A stretch of 32,000 nt of DNA from Kiritimatiella glycovorans (GTDB taxonomy: Bacteria; Verrucomicrobiota; Kiritimatiellia; Kiritimatiellales; Kiritimatiellaceae). Made by a program: the position numbers and the translations under genes. Of the stretch, positions 1 through 8,007 are shown piece after piece. The notes below the pieces were generated by a model that made no database searches, was not told the origin of the DNA, and saw only the letters and a program-made list of their open reading frames with translations. Positions within the stretch are counted from its first letter, which is position 1; the number at the start of each line of letters is the position of its first letter. The stretch is taken from the NCBI RefSeq assembly GCF_001017655.1, contig NZ_CP010904.1, positions 720,001-752,000 on the forward strand. The letters run 5' to 3'.

Positions 1-816
1 CGCGACCGGGAATCGGCCGGCGCTCCGGACCGGCGCGCGCACGGCAGCGATTTCGTCCCGTGGTTCCTGGAGCGGATGCGCGAATACGAGCGCCGGCACG
101 GCACCCGGCTGCTGGACATCCTGACCCTCCACTACTATCCCCAGGCGGAAGGCGTGTTCTCGAAGCGCAACGACCCCGCCACCTCGGCGCGGCGGCTGGA
201 GGCGCCGCGCTCGCTGTGGGATCCCGAGTACCGCGATCCCTCCTGGATCGGCCGGCGCGTGCGCATGATTCCCAGGATGCGCGCCTGGGTGAGGGATCAC
301 TATCCGGGCACGCGGATCGGCGTCACCGAATACAACTGGGGTGGCGAACAGGCCTTCAGCGGGGCGGCGGCGCTGGCCGACGCGCTGGGCATTTTCGGCC
401 GCGAGGGTCTCGACGCCGCCTGCTACTGGACTGTGCCCCCCGCCGATTCCGCCGCGCGCCGGGCCTTCAGTCTCTACCGCAATGCCGACGGGAAGGGCGC
501 GAAGTTCGGCGATACCTCCCTGCGGGTCGAATGGCGCGGAGCCGGGCCGGAGTACGACGAACTCACCCTCTACGCCGCCGCGAGCGGATCGCCCGGCGCG
601 TTCACCGCCGTCGTCGTAGGCAAGTCGCCGCACCCCGCGCCATTGCGGCTCTCGATGCCTGAAATTGACATCGTAAGCATGCGCGGGTACGTTTTCGGAG
701 AAACACGGCCGGAAATCCTTCCCCTTGGGGAGGAACGGATTGAGGTCGTAGACGGGTCCGCCCGATTATGGTTGCCGGGAATGAGCATAATACATCTTCG
801 ATGGGCCGCGCAGTGA
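1..816 (+). CDS. Glycoside hydrolase, GH44-like, C-terminal part (5' end lies outside the window)
   Basis: The frame is open from nt 1 (RDRESAG...FVPWFLERMREYE...). Motifs LDILTLHYYPQ, GVTEYNWGG and ADALGIFGREG resemble GH44 endoglucanase/xyloglucanase signatures. The stop at 814-816 overlaps the next gene's start. Confidence 0.55.
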   Translation, partial: RDRESAGAPDRRAHGSDFVPWFLERMREYERRHGTRLLDILTLHYYPQAEGVFSKRNDPATSARRLEAPRSLWDPEYRDPSWIGRRVRMIPRMRAWVRDHYPGTRIGVTEYNWGGEQAFSGAAALADALGIFGREGLDAACYWTVPPADSAARRAFSLYRNADGKGAKFGDTSLRVEWRGAGPEYDELTLYAAASGSPGAFTAVVVGKSPHPAPLRLSMPEIDIVSMRGYVFGETRPEILPLGEERIEVVDGSARLWLPGMSIIHLRWAAQ

Positions 817-1823
817 AGCTCTCGCTGATGCTGCTCTCCGTTGCGCTGCTGACGGCGGGCGCCGGATGCCGGCACGCCGGGACTCCGTCCGTGGAGGAGA
901 TGGTCGCCAGTTTCGAGTCGCAGGCGGCCGCGGAAGAGGCGCGCGACGGCCACTCATTCGATCCCTCGCTGCTCGAGGTGTCCCGCGAGCGCTACAAGCT
1001 CGGTCCGGGTGACGTCATCGAGATCTTCGCCACCGACATCCCCGAGCTGAACCGCAAGTACACCCTCGGCCCCGACGGCCGCCTCACGCTCCCCGCCGTG
1101 GGGGTGGTCGACATCGACGGCCTCACGCGCGAGGAGGCGTCCAGGCGTATCGAAAAGGATCTGCAGCCCTTTTACCGCAACCCGCGCGTCGACATCCTCG
1201 TCGCCGAATATCTCAATAACCGCATCTACGTGCTGGGCGAGGTGCGCAAGCCCGGCGAATTCAATTTCAAGGGGCGGCCGATGCTCCTTTCCGCGCTGGC
1301 GCTCGCCCAGGGCCTGACCGATCAGGCCGACATGCGGGCGTGCACCATCGTGCGGGGCAAGGACGTGATGATCCAGGTGGACCTCTACGAACTCCTCCGC
1401 AGGGGCAACCGCTCGCTCAATCTTCCGCTGATGCCGGAGGACACCGTGTACGTGGGGAGCAATCAGGAGGACATGTACTACGTACTCGGACAGGTCCAGA
1501 GTCCGGGCGCCTTTCCGCGCACGCGGCGCGTGGATGTGGTGCGGGCGGTCGCCAAGGCCGGGGGGCTCACCGAAAATGCGATCAAGAAGGAAGTGCGCCT
1601 GATCCGCCGCCGGCAGGGCCGCGACCCCGAGATCAAGGTGGTCAACCTCGCCGCCATTCAGCGCGCGCGGACCGGCGGGGAGGAAATCGCGGTGATGAAC
1701 GGCGATATCATCTACGTGCCCCGCCGCGCGCTGGCCACCTTCAACTACGTACTGCGCCAGGTTACGCCTTCGCTCAACCTCTTTTTGCTGGGGGACGCCA
1801 TCCTGGGCGACGATGAAGACTAG
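801..1823 (+). CDS. Polysaccharide export outer-membrane lipoprotein (Wza-like; Poly_export + SLBB domains)
   Basis: The internal ATG at 801 gives MGRAVKLSLMLLSVALLTAGAGC, a signal peptide plus lipobox. PGDVIEIF...LGPDGRLTLPAVGVVDIDGLTREEASRRIEKDL...RNPRVDILVAEY..IYVLGEVRKPGEF is the classic Poly_export motif, followed by SLBB-like repeats. Confidence 0.85.
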   Translation: MGRAVKLSLMLLSVALLTAGAGCRHAGTPSVEEMVASFESQAAAEEARDGHSFDPSLLEVSRERYKLGPGDVIEIFATDIPELNRKYTLGPDGRLTLPAVGVVDIDGLTREEASRRIEKDLQPFYRNPRVDILVAEYLNNRIYVLGEVRKPGEFNFKGRPMLLSALALAQGLTDQADMRACTIVRGKDVMIQVDLYELLRRGNRSLNLPLMPEDTVYVGSNQEDMYYVLGQVQSPGAFPRTRRVDVVRAVAKAGGLTENAIKKEVRLIRRRQGRDPEIKVVNLAAIQRARTGGEEIAVMNGDIIYVPRRALATFNYVLRQVTPSLNLFLLGDAILGDDED

Positions 1824-1845
1824 GCTGAAGGATTCATAAAATACG

Positions 1846-4116
1846 ATGATCGAACGGCAGCCAGCAAATGTGGAGCGGAAGGATGACGAGAGCGGCTTCC
1901 GGCTGGGGGATTTCAGTGTGAAGTTTTTCCTGGAGATCTTTTTCCGGCGCAAACGGTACTTCCTGATCCCCCTCGTCGCCGTGCCGCTGCTCAGTATCCT
2001 CGTCAGCTTTCTGGTCCCGTCCTCGTATATGTCGACGACCACGATCATGCTGACCAAGTCGTCGATTCTGAATCCGCTCGTCCGCTTCGAAACCGCCGTC
2101 TCGCTCCAGGAGTACAATCGGCTCGGAACCCTGAAAAAGATCATCTACAGCCGGCCCGTCATCGAGAAGGTCATCGAGGAACTGGATCTGGACCGGGACG
2201 TGGGGTCCCCCCAGGAGCACGAGTGGCTCATCGACGACGTGCGCAAGAATATCCACATCATCTCGCTGGAAGAGGACTCGTTCGAACTCGGCTGCACGGC
2301 CGACACCCCGGAACTCGCCAAGCGGATGGTCGAGACGGTGAGTAACCGTTTTATCGAGCGCAGCCTCGAGGGCAGCCGCGAAGAGGCGTCGACGGCCGTG
2401 ACGTTCATCGAGAAACAGCTCGTCCATTACGAGAACGAACTCAACGAGGCCAAGGCGCAGCTCAAGCAGTTCGAGCAGGAGCACATCGATACGATCCGCC
2501 GGGCGAGGGCGATCGAGGGCGATCTGGAGAAATTCCGCGAGCGGGTCATGGAGACGGAGATCGAGCTTCAGCGCGCGAAGCTCCAGGCGGACCTGCTCTC
2601 CGACCGGTTGACGAACCAGGCCGCCGCGGTCGCGTCCGACGCCTTCGCGGTTCAGGACTCGCCGTACCAGAACCGGTACCGGGAGCTGAGGCTGAAGCGG
2701 GCCGAGCTGCTCTCCACCCGCGAGTCCACCCATCCCGAAGTCGAAAAGGTGGACCGGCAGATGGAGGTCGTCCGGGACCTCATCCAGGAGGAGAAAAAGA
2801 AGATGCAGTCCTCCTCCCCGGAGGATATCCAGTCGCCGATACGCCAGCGCACGCTCGCCTCGCTGCAGGAGGCGCGGGTGGAGCAGCAGGCGCTGCAGCG
2901 CAGTCTGGAGGAATACCGCGCGAGGGCTGAAGAACTTCGCCGGCGCGTGGCCCGCCTGCCCGAGCTGGAGAACCGGCACGACCGCCTCAAGACCGAGGTG
3001 GCCAATGTGCGGGAAGTGTACGACTCGATGCGGATGAAACTCGAACAGGCGCGCATCTCGCGGGCGGTGGAGGTCCAGCAGCAGGAGAACCGGTTCAGCA
3101 TCATCAATCCGCCGCTGGCCCCCCTCAGTCGCTACCAGCCGATCCGCAAGCTCTACGCCGCCGCCGGCGTGCTCGGCGGACTGGTCATCGGATTCGCCCT
3201 CGTGGTCGCCCTGGAGTTCTTCGACCCGAGACTCCTGCGCGCGTCCGCGTTCGCCGCTTCGTCGGGGGTCCCGCTGGTGGGCTCCCTGCCGCGTCTCCAC
3301 CGGCGCACTCCGGAGGGCGCGGACGACGACACCTCGCTGCGCGTGATGATCGCCCGGCTTTTCGGATCCGTGACCTGCTGGTTTTACGGGAAGAGGGTGG
3401 AGCTTCCGGAGTCGTTTCCGGAGGACCTGCTGCTGCGGCCGGAATGGCTGGCCGACGGTTCGAAGGCCCTGCCGCCACAGGAACAGCGCGCCCTGCAGAT
3501 CATGCGCGAGAAGATCCGGGCCCTGAACCTGCGGATACGCGAACGCTGCGCGGACGATTCGGGATCGATCTGGACGCTCGCGAGTCCGGCGTCCGGCGAG
3601 GGCAAGACGCTGCTCGCGGCGAACCTGGCCTCCGTGTACGCGGTCGACACCGGGAAGCAGGCGGTGGTCCTCGATGCGCATCTCGAGCAGCCGGACCTGT
3701 CGCGCCTGTTTGGCGCCGCAGGCAAGCCGGGCCTGACCGACCTGGTTCGCGGAAACGTCTCCCTGGATCAGGCGCTGCACGAGACCGGCATCCCGGGTCT
3801 TTCCGTCCTTCCGGCCGGGGGCGCGATCGACAACCCCGGCGCGGTGTTCGAGTCGGCCGAGTTCGAGGATGTCCTCAGGGAACTGCGCGACCGGTTCACG
3901 CTCACGGTGGCCGAAGTTCCCGGCCTGCACCGTCAGGCCCACGGCCGCCTGCTGGCCGAGAAGGCGGACGGGGTGCTGCTGGTGGGGCGTTATTACTCCA
4001 CCCGGCGCGACCGGTTCCGCGCGGCGGCGTCCGAGCTTTCGGCCGCACCGCTCATCGGCTGCGTGGCCGACGGTGAGGAGTACTGGATACCCGACTGGAT
4101 CTACCGCTGGACGTAA
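1846..4116 (+). CDS. Polysaccharide co-polymerase (Wzz/GumC chain-length determinant) fused to a degenerate BY-kinase-like P-loop domain
   Basis: There is an N-terminal TM segment plus a Wzz-like region, then a long coiled-coil (EQ/RL-rich) and a second TM segment (LYAAAGVLGGLVIGFALVVALEF). The C-terminal domain has Walker A SPASGEGKT (3595-3609), but Walker A' reads VLDAHLEQP and Walker B reads TVAEVPG. Confidence 0.8.
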   Translation: MIERQPANVERKDDESGFRLGDFSVKFFLEIFFRRKRYFLIPLVAVPLLSILVSFLVPSSYMSTTTIMLTKSSILNPLVRFETAVSLQEYNRLGTLKKIIYSRPVIEKVIEELDLDRDVGSPQEHEWLIDDVRKNIHIISLEEDSFELGCTADTPELAKRMVETVSNRFIERSLEGSREEASTAVTFIEKQLVHYENELNEAKAQLKQFEQEHIDTIRRARAIEGDLEKFRERVMETEIELQRAKLQADLLSDRLTNQAAAVASDAFAVQDSPYQNRYRELRLKRAELLSTRESTHPEVEKVDRQMEVVRDLIQEEKKKMQSSSPEDIQSPIRQRTLASLQEARVEQQALQRSLEEYRARAEELRRRVARLPELENRHDRLKTEVANVREVYDSMRMKLEQARISRAVEVQQQENRFSIINPPLAPLSRYQPIRKLYAAAGVLGGLVIGFALVVALEFFDPRLLRASAFAASSGVPLVGSLPRLHRRTPEGADDDTSLRVMIARLFGSVTCWFYGKRVELPESFPEDLLLRPEWLADGSKALPPQEQRALQIMREKIRALNLRIRERCADDSGSIWTLASPASGEGKTLLAANLASVYAVDTGKQAVVLDAHLEQPDLSRLFGAAGKPGLTDLVRGNVSLDQALHETGIPGLSVLPAGGAIDNPGAVFESAEFEDVLRELRDRFTLTVAEVPGLHRQAHGRLLAEKADGVLLVGRYYSTRRDRFRAAASELSAAPLIGCVADGEEYWIPDWIYRWT

Positions 4117-4117
4117 C

Positions 4118-4252
4118 ATGGACCTCGTGCTGGCCATGATCGCCCTCTATATCGCCGCCGGCATGACGGTCGACCGGATCCGCTTTTCGACGGTCCTGGT
4201 GCTCGCCGCCGTGAGCACGCTGTTCATCCTGATTAAATATGCCGCCTTCTGA
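4118..4252 (+). CDS. Hypothetical small hydrophobic protein (44 aa)
   Basis: The ATG lies 1 nt after the stop of the upstream gene, and the ORF overlaps the next gene's start by 14 nt. The product MDLVLAMIALYIAAGMTVDRIRFSTVLVLAAVSTLFILIKYAAF has two predicted TM stretches. Support is packing and hydrophobicity only. Confidence 0.3.
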   Translation: MDLVLAMIALYIAAGMTVDRIRFSTVLVLAAVSTLFILIKYAAF

Positions 4253-5975
4253 CTACAGCGCCACCGCACCGCCCTCCGGCTCCGCACGGGACGGGGAGCC
4301 GATACGCCGGCATGCGCTCAACGCCTGGGCGATCGTGCTGAGCCTGTTCGCGGTCTGGCTGATCTGGAAGACGGAGGCGAACCTGTTCGCCGTGCCGCTG
4401 GCGGTGGGTGCGGCCGCGCTGCTGGTGGCGATCGTGTACCGGCTCGAATTCGGCATCTACGCGCTGCTCGCGTCCGTGATGATTTTCGAGCAGTTCCAGA
4501 TTTTCGGCATCCCCGACCCGATCACCGGCAATGTGCCGCTCTATGAGAATTTCAGCAATCTTACCGCCATGAAGATCCCGCTGTTGCACCCGGTTTGGTT
4601 CGCGCTGCTCGCGGCCGCGATCGGCGCGGGCTGTTTCGCGCGCCCGGCCTTCCGGTGGCTCGAGCCGCGCGTGCCCCGCGCCCGCTGGATCGCCGCGGCC
4701 GCCGGGGTCGCGGCCGCCGCGGTCATCGCCGGCGTGCTGATCGTGCCGTCGCTGCGCTATCGGCTGATGGGGTGGGCGGGCCTCATAAACGCGAAGCCGA
4801 CGCTCAATCCGGTGGAGCTGCTGATCTTCCTGATGCTGGTGAGCTGGTTCGTTCGCGCGGCGATCTCGCCGGACTGGTCGCTGCGGCGGAGCCCCAACCT
4901 GTGGATTGCCGTGCTCTTCGCGGGGGTGCTCGCCCTCTTTACGCTGCTCGGACTCGCCCGCGGCGGCGACCTGAAGGCCGCGCTGTGGGAGGTGCGCGCC
5001 CTCTTCTACCTGATCGCGATGTACGTGTTGGCCGTGCAGTTCATCCGGCGGCCGTCGCAGGTGCGGATCTGTATCTGGATCGCCATTCTGGGGGTCACGT
5101 TCAAGGGGCTGCAGGGCTGTTACCGCTACTTCGTGACCCTCGGCGGGTCGCTGGGCGACGCCCCCGCCATCACGTCGCACGAGGACGCGGTGTTCATGTC
5201 GACCATGTTCGTGCTGCTGGCGGCCCTGTTCCTGACGGGGGCGTGGAAACGGAAGGAATTCGCCGTGCTCGCCGCGGGCTTTGCCCCCACGTTTCTCACC
5301 TTTGTCCTGACCCAGCGGCGCATCGCCTATGCGGTGTTCGCACTCAGCCTGATCATCGTCTTTTTCCTGCTGCCGCGTGCGAAGAAGTGGTTCGCGATGA
5401 AACTCGCCCTCCCGCTCCTGCCCCTGATGCTCGTCTACACGGTCGTCTTCTGGAACAGCTCGAGCACCCTCGCCCTGCCCGTCCGGCAGATCAAGTCGGT
5501 GTTCATCACGGGCGAGGAGGAAGATACGTCCAACACCTATCGCAGGATCGAGAACTACAACATGATTCAGACGATCCGGCAGAATAAGGCGGGGCTCGGC
5601 TTCGGGCGCCGGTACCTGGTGCTCGTCCCGCTTCCCGCCGTGGATTTTCCTCTCTGGGACTATATCCCGCATAACTGTATCTACTGGATGTGGGCCAAGA
5701 CGGGATTCGTCGGGTTCCTGGCCTTCTGGTTGTTCTTCGGGCTGATGATGACCCGATCCACCATCCTCTACCGCCGTCAGCGCGACCCGTACCGCCAGGC
5801 CGTGTGCCTGATGGTCATCACTTTCATCGCCAGCCAGATCGCCGTGGCCTATTACGACCTTCAAATCACGTTCTACCGGAATATGATCTACCTCGGCGTC
5901 GCCATGGCCCTGCCGGAGGCGCTGAGAAAAGAGGAAGTGGGAGGGGAGAGAGAGAGTGAGAAACCTGAAACCTGA
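4239..5975 (+). CDS. O-antigen ligase/polymerase (Wzy_C) family polytopic membrane protein
   Basis: About 10-12 hydrophobic segments and a large loop region, in a position typical for Wzy in a Wzx/Wzy-type or PEP-CTERM-associated EPS locus. The last ~12 codons (EEVGGERESEKPET) are read out of the downstream repeat. Confidence 0.7.
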   Translation: MPPSDYSATAPPSGSARDGEPIRRHALNAWAIVLSLFAVWLIWKTEANLFAVPLAVGAAALLVAIVYRLEFGIYALLASVMIFEQFQIFGIPDPITGNVPLYENFSNLTAMKIPLLHPVWFALLAAAIGAGCFARPAFRWLEPRVPRARWIAAAAGVAAAAVIAGVLIVPSLRYRLMGWAGLINAKPTLNPVELLIFLMLVSWFVRAAISPDWSLRRSPNLWIAVLFAGVLALFTLLGLARGGDLKAALWEVRALFYLIAMYVLAVQFIRRPSQVRICIWIAILGVTFKGLQGCYRYFVTLGGSLGDAPAITSHEDAVFMSTMFVLLAALFLTGAWKRKEFAVLAAGFAPTFLTFVLTQRRIAYAVFALSLIIVFFLLPRAKKWFAMKLALPLLPLMLVYTVVFWNSSSTLALPVRQIKSVFITGEEEDTSNTYRRIENYNMIQTIRQNKAGLGFGRRYLVLVPLPAVDFPLWDYIPHNCIYWMWAKTGFVGFLAFWLFFGLMMTRSTILYRRQRDPYRQAVCLMVITFIASQIAVAYYDLQITFYRNMIYLGVAMALPEALRKEEVGGERESEKPET

Positions 5976-6092
5976 GACCTGAGTAAGAAGAATCAGAATC
6001 AGAGTCAGAGTAAGAGGGAGTGGGAAAGCTGAAACCTGAGTAAGAAGAGTCAGAGTCAGAGTCAGAATCAGAGTAAGAGGGAGTGGAAACCC
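5941..6092. repeat. Purine-rich tandem repeat, about 2.3 units of 63-73 bp (family copy 1)
   Basis: Units span 5941-6013, 6014-6076 and a partial 6077-6092. The core is GAGGGAGTGGGAAAGCTGAAACCTGAGTAAGAAGAGTCAGAGTCAGAGTCAGAATCAGAGTAA with internal (A/G)(A/G)TCAG hexamers. The same core recurs at 12467-12580. Confidence 0.85.
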
Positions 6093-6108
6093 ACCCCCGG
6101 AGTTATAT

Positions 6109-6654
6109 ATGCTGAGTAAACTGCTGCTTTACCTCACCAATCACGTGATCGCGCATGTCCCGTTCCACGCCGTGCGGCGCGGCTGGTACCGGCATGTGCT
6201 GGGTTTCGAGATGGATGCGCACGCGACGATTTTTCTGGGCGCCTACTGCTATTTCTACCGCCCCTGCCGCCGCGGCGGCGCGGCGGTGCGGATCGGGGAG
6301 GGCGCGGTGATCAACCGCGACTGTTCGCTGGACTGCCGCGGGGGGCTGACGTTCGGGAAGCATGCCAGCGTCTCGCCCGAAGTCATGTTCATCACCTCGG
6401 AACACCTCAAGGACGATCCCGGTTTCGGGGTCCGCGACGAGCCGATCCTCGTCGGCGACCGCGCCTGGATCGGTTCGCGCGCCGTGATCCTGCCCGGGGT
6501 CACCCTCGGCGAGGGCGCGATCGTCGCCGCCGGCGCGGTCGTGACCCGGGACGTGCCGGCGTACGGGGTGGTCGGCGGCGTGCCCGCCAAACCCATCGCG
6601 GAACGCTCCCGCGACCTGCACTACGAACTCAACTTCCGCCCGTGGTTTGAATAG
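6109..6654 (+). CDS. Hexapeptide-repeat (LbH) O-acetyltransferase, WcaF/LacA-like
   Basis: VGDRAWIGSRAVILPGVTLGEGAIVAAGAVVTRDVPAYGVVGGVPAKPI is the canonical LbH C-terminus. GGAG lies 8 nt upstream of the ATG. Confidence 0.8.
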   Translation: MLSKLLLYLTNHVIAHVPFHAVRRGWYRHVLGFEMDAHATIFLGAYCYFYRPCRRGGAAVRIGEGAVINRDCSLDCRGGLTFGKHASVSPEVMFITSEHLKDDPGFGVRDEPILVGDRAWIGSRAVILPGVTLGEGAIVAAGAVVTRDVPAYGVVGGVPAKPIAERSRDLHYELNFRPWFE

Positions 6655-6813
6655 CGGGGAAGGCGGGACGTGAAAGGGGGGTCGTGCAGACGATCCTGCC
6701 TGCTCTTCATGTCCTTCCTTATGTATTTGCGGAATAACCTCTACCCTCAACTTTCGGTTTCCAACGTCCTCTTCTCCCGCTAAGGTGGGGGGCACTGGAG
6801 AGGGGGCAGGGTT

Positions 6814-8007
6814 TTGGCGCAGGAACAACGACCCGGCATTCTGCTGATCGACACCAATGACGCCATGGGCGGTGTGGTGCGCGTGCACTTCAACCTGCTC
6901 CGCGCCATCGACCGCGCGCGGTTCCGCGTATACGCGGTCTGCCAGAAGGACTCGCCCATAGAGGCCGGTTTCCGGTCGATCGCCGGCGCGTCGGTGTTCC
7001 CGATCCATACGGGGACCAAGCCCGTGGATGCCTGCGGCGGCTGGCGGGGGAGGCTGGGCGATGTTCTGAGTTTGCTCCGGCTCGTGCCGGCCGTGCTCCG
7101 CATCCGGCGCATCTGCCGTCGTGAGGAGATCGGTCTGATCTACGTCTCCGATAAGAAACGCGCGGTTTACCTGGCGTCCGCGCTCAGGAAACTGACCGGG
7201 CTGCCCGTCGTCTATCACGGCCATACCCACCACGCCGATTACGCGATCAACCGCCGCCTGGTGCGCGAAGCCGACGCGGTGGTGGTCAATTCGGCCGCCG
7301 TGCGCGAGGACTACCGGGAGTGGCTCGGACCGCGCACCCCGCCGATCGAGGTCGTGCATAACGGGCTCGACGCCGGGGAATACAGCCCGGGCGGGTCCTC
7401 GCTGCGCGACGAGCTCGGGCTGCCGGATGACCGGCTGCTGGTCGGAATCGCCAGCCGGCTGGCTCCCGACAAGGGTCAGGAGACCTTTATTCGCGCCGCG
7501 GCGGAGGTGCACCGCCGCCACGAACACGTCCACTTCGTCCTCGTGGGCGACGACTCCATCTTCAGCGATAATCGCGATTACGTGCCCCACCTGAAGAAGC
7601 TGTGCCGGGAGTCGGAACTGGACGACTGCACCACGTTCCTCGGCTACCGCAACGATATGGTGAACGTCTACCGCGGGCTCGACATCGTGGTCAACGCGGC
7701 GTGGAACGAGGCGTTCGGCATGGTGATGATCGAACCCATGGCCTGCGGAAAAGTCCCGGTCGGCACCTCCGCGGGCGGTATCCCGGAAATTATCCGAGAC
7801 GGGGAGAACGGTTTTCTCTACCCGCCGCGCGATCACGCGCGGCTGGCTGAGATCATCGAGGAGCTGGTGCGTCCCGAGTCCGCCGCGCGGCTCAGGGAGA
7901 TCGGGGAGACGGCGCGAAGCACGGTGCTCGATCGTTTTTCCATCGAGACCCAGGTCCGGAACATGGAAGCGGTGTTCGATCGTGCACTCGAAAGGAGAAC
8001 CCCATGA
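6814..8007 (+). CDS. Glycosyltransferase family 4 (GT-B, retaining)
   Basis: EAFGMVMIEPMACGKVPVGTSAGGIPEIIRDGENGFL is the E-x7-E GT4 motif. The start is uncertain: TTG at 6814 or a downstream ATG. Confidence 0.85.
   Translation: MAQEQRPGILLIDTNDAMGGVVRVHFNLLRAIDRARFRVYAVCQKDSPIEAGFRSIAGASVFPIHTGTKPVDACGGWRGRLGDVLSLLRLVPAVLRIRRICRREEIGLIYVSDKKRAVYLASALRKLTGLPVVYHGHTHHADYAINRRLVREADAVVVNSAAVREDYREWLGPRTPPIEVVHNGLDAGEYSPGGSSLRDELGLPDDRLLVGIASRLAPDKGQETFIRAAAEVHRRHEHVHFVLVGDDSIFSDNRDYVPHLKKLCRESELDDCTTFLGYRNDMVNVYRGLDIVVNAAWNEAFGMVMIEPMACGKVPVGTSAGGIPEIIRDGENGFLYPPRDHARLAEIIEELVRPESAARLREIGETARSTVLDRFSIETQVRNMEAVFDRALERRTP

Noticed and set aside
60-662. 200-aa plus-strand ORF and other alternative-frame ORFs (341..619, 1340..1816, 3444..4076, 4595..5587, 13316..14401, 28855..29487 and others).
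   Set aside because: These are out-of-frame overlaps of well-supported genes on the same strand, with Arg/Gly/Pro/Ala-rich composition characteristic of off-frame high-GC translation.
1834-4137. 767-aa minus-strand ORF. Similar long minus-strand ORFs lie at 954..2144, 4233..5864, 6103..7836, 7833..9227, 9624..11423 and 12927..14411.
   Set aside because: Each is exactly antisense to a plus-strand gene with clear family motifs. The products are Arg/Pro/Gly/His/Asp-rich low-complexity strings with no motifs. These are typical open antisense frames in high-GC DNA.
5941-6092. Possible CRISPR array, given the regularly repeated 60-70 bp units.
   Set aside because: The units are contiguous tandem repeats without unique spacers. 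No palindromic 28-37 bp repeat and no cas genes are present.
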